This document shows, one piece after another, positions 62,901-64,000 of a DNA stretch of 64,000 nucleotides (the first letter of the stretch is position 1; the number at the start of each line of letters is the position of its first letter). The notes under the pieces were generated by a model. The model did not search any database. It was not told the origin of the DNA and saw nothing but the letters and a program-made list of their open reading frames with translations. The DNA lies in the NCBI GenBank assembly GCA_963924565.1, contig OZ004607.1:27714001-27778000 (forward strand), written 5' to 3'. This DNA is from Ascidiella aspersa. Its lineage: Eukaryota. Both the position numbers and the translations under genes were made by a program.

Positions 62901-64000
62901 ATGACTGCAAACGAAACTGCTAAACTTAAAATAGCTTTATTTTCTATGGTTCATATTTAAAAAACGTTAAGACCCAGTTGCCTTCGTCTGTGCGCCAGCT
63001 TATTTCGCTGCTGAAGTAAAACATCGCTGAGGTGTTATGTTTGCAAAGCGACCGCCGCAAGTCCAATATAGTTTGCGTGTGAAGACCAGGAGGAAAAAAA
63101 CATCTACGCCAGACAATTGCGGCCATATCGGTATCGCACAGGGCCGACAGAGGGGCCGCAGCTTGCGACGTGAGTGCCTCTTGGCTTTACAGACCAGAAC
63201 AACGGCGGCAACACCTGTGCCCCGGGTCGCATCGCAAGCTTACAGAAAAGAATTAAAATTCTTCAATGCCAGGCAGCAGGGTGGAACAAGTAACAACGAC
63301 GCTAAAGGGTACAGCAAGCGCCGGGCGCTGGCGGGGTGCTTTTTATACTCGCCGGCTGTCGGACCGCTGGCGAGGCAAAGTACAGCTTGGCGATGGAAAA
63401 TACAACGTTTCGTCCTTTGTGCGCTGTCGAATTAATATGTCATCGCTGTTGGCGCTCCGAGTGAACGCCTTGAATGCTCTGCCGTGCGTAACTATAAGTC
63501 AATCGCAGACAGGTGCTCAGTCCGCGAGCGCCGGAAGTTTTAATTCGATTTCGCCTGGGTAGGCGTTTTGTCCTCGTTCCAAATAATTCCTGTAGAATTT
63601 GTTCCCAAAGAACTGTCGTGGATACGCCAAATCCGTCTCGAAACAAAAAAACATGTTTCTCATTGTGAACAAATAGATCGAGAATTCAACTCCTTGTCTT
63701 TACTACTAATAATAAAATGAATGACTATATCTCTACAAGTGGACAGGGCTCTGTTGAAACCTTAAAGTCCCAAATGTCCAGCTGTATTTTATTGCATTCC
63801 TGCTAAATCGTCGCAATTTGACATGCATTTTATCTCGGCTCTTTCTATCGCATTCGTTTCGTTGTGCCCTTATACCAATATAAATAAATTAAAAAAATAG
63901 GGTTAAAACAAAATTGTCTCCTAAAGCTACCTACATGCTCCTAGATCGGGTTTAAATTATTTGCTACAGATTCTGCGGCATAATAATATCAATCCTCGAT

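Noticed and set aside
62899-62925. CTGATGA..GAAA hammerhead-like word pair (also CTGATGA at 44853 and 52274)
   Set aside because: No stem I or stem II complementarity.
36000-64000. Numerous 60-217 aa ORFs in RGM introns and upstream (for example 46893-47546, 52941-53474)
   Set aside because: Overlapping on both strands, R/A/S/C-rich, with no recognisable domain or consistent exon chain; expected in GC-richer non-coding DNA.

Overview
Eukaryotic (animal) genomic DNA with short GT-AG introns, not prokaryotic. Compact introns, hAT MITEs, a single long RGM gene and patchy CpG content suggest an invertebrate deuterostome, probably a tunicate (inference, moderate confidence). Five genes were reconstructed by hand with frame-consistent splice phases: (1) the last 30 exons (~1385 codons, 399-20859, +) of an unnamed giant coiled-coil protein; (2) CKS (21976-22954, +); (3) PIH1D2 (23030-25192, -); (4) TMEM17 (25698-27066, +); (5) RGM, repulsive guidance molecule (34357-48170, -), inside a ~33 kb CpG-rich, otherwise gene-free domain. 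The most notable non-coding signal is a family of four Penelope-like insertions in introns of gene 1 that carry minimal type I hammerhead ribozyme motifs. Two of them form long foldbacks with target-site duplications. Other highlights: the RGM has a ~100-aa polybasic insertion and a tail beyond its hydrophobic C-terminus, CKS and PIH1D2 have interlocking 3' ends, and two ciliary genes sit head to head. All coordinates were read by eye and no database search was run.
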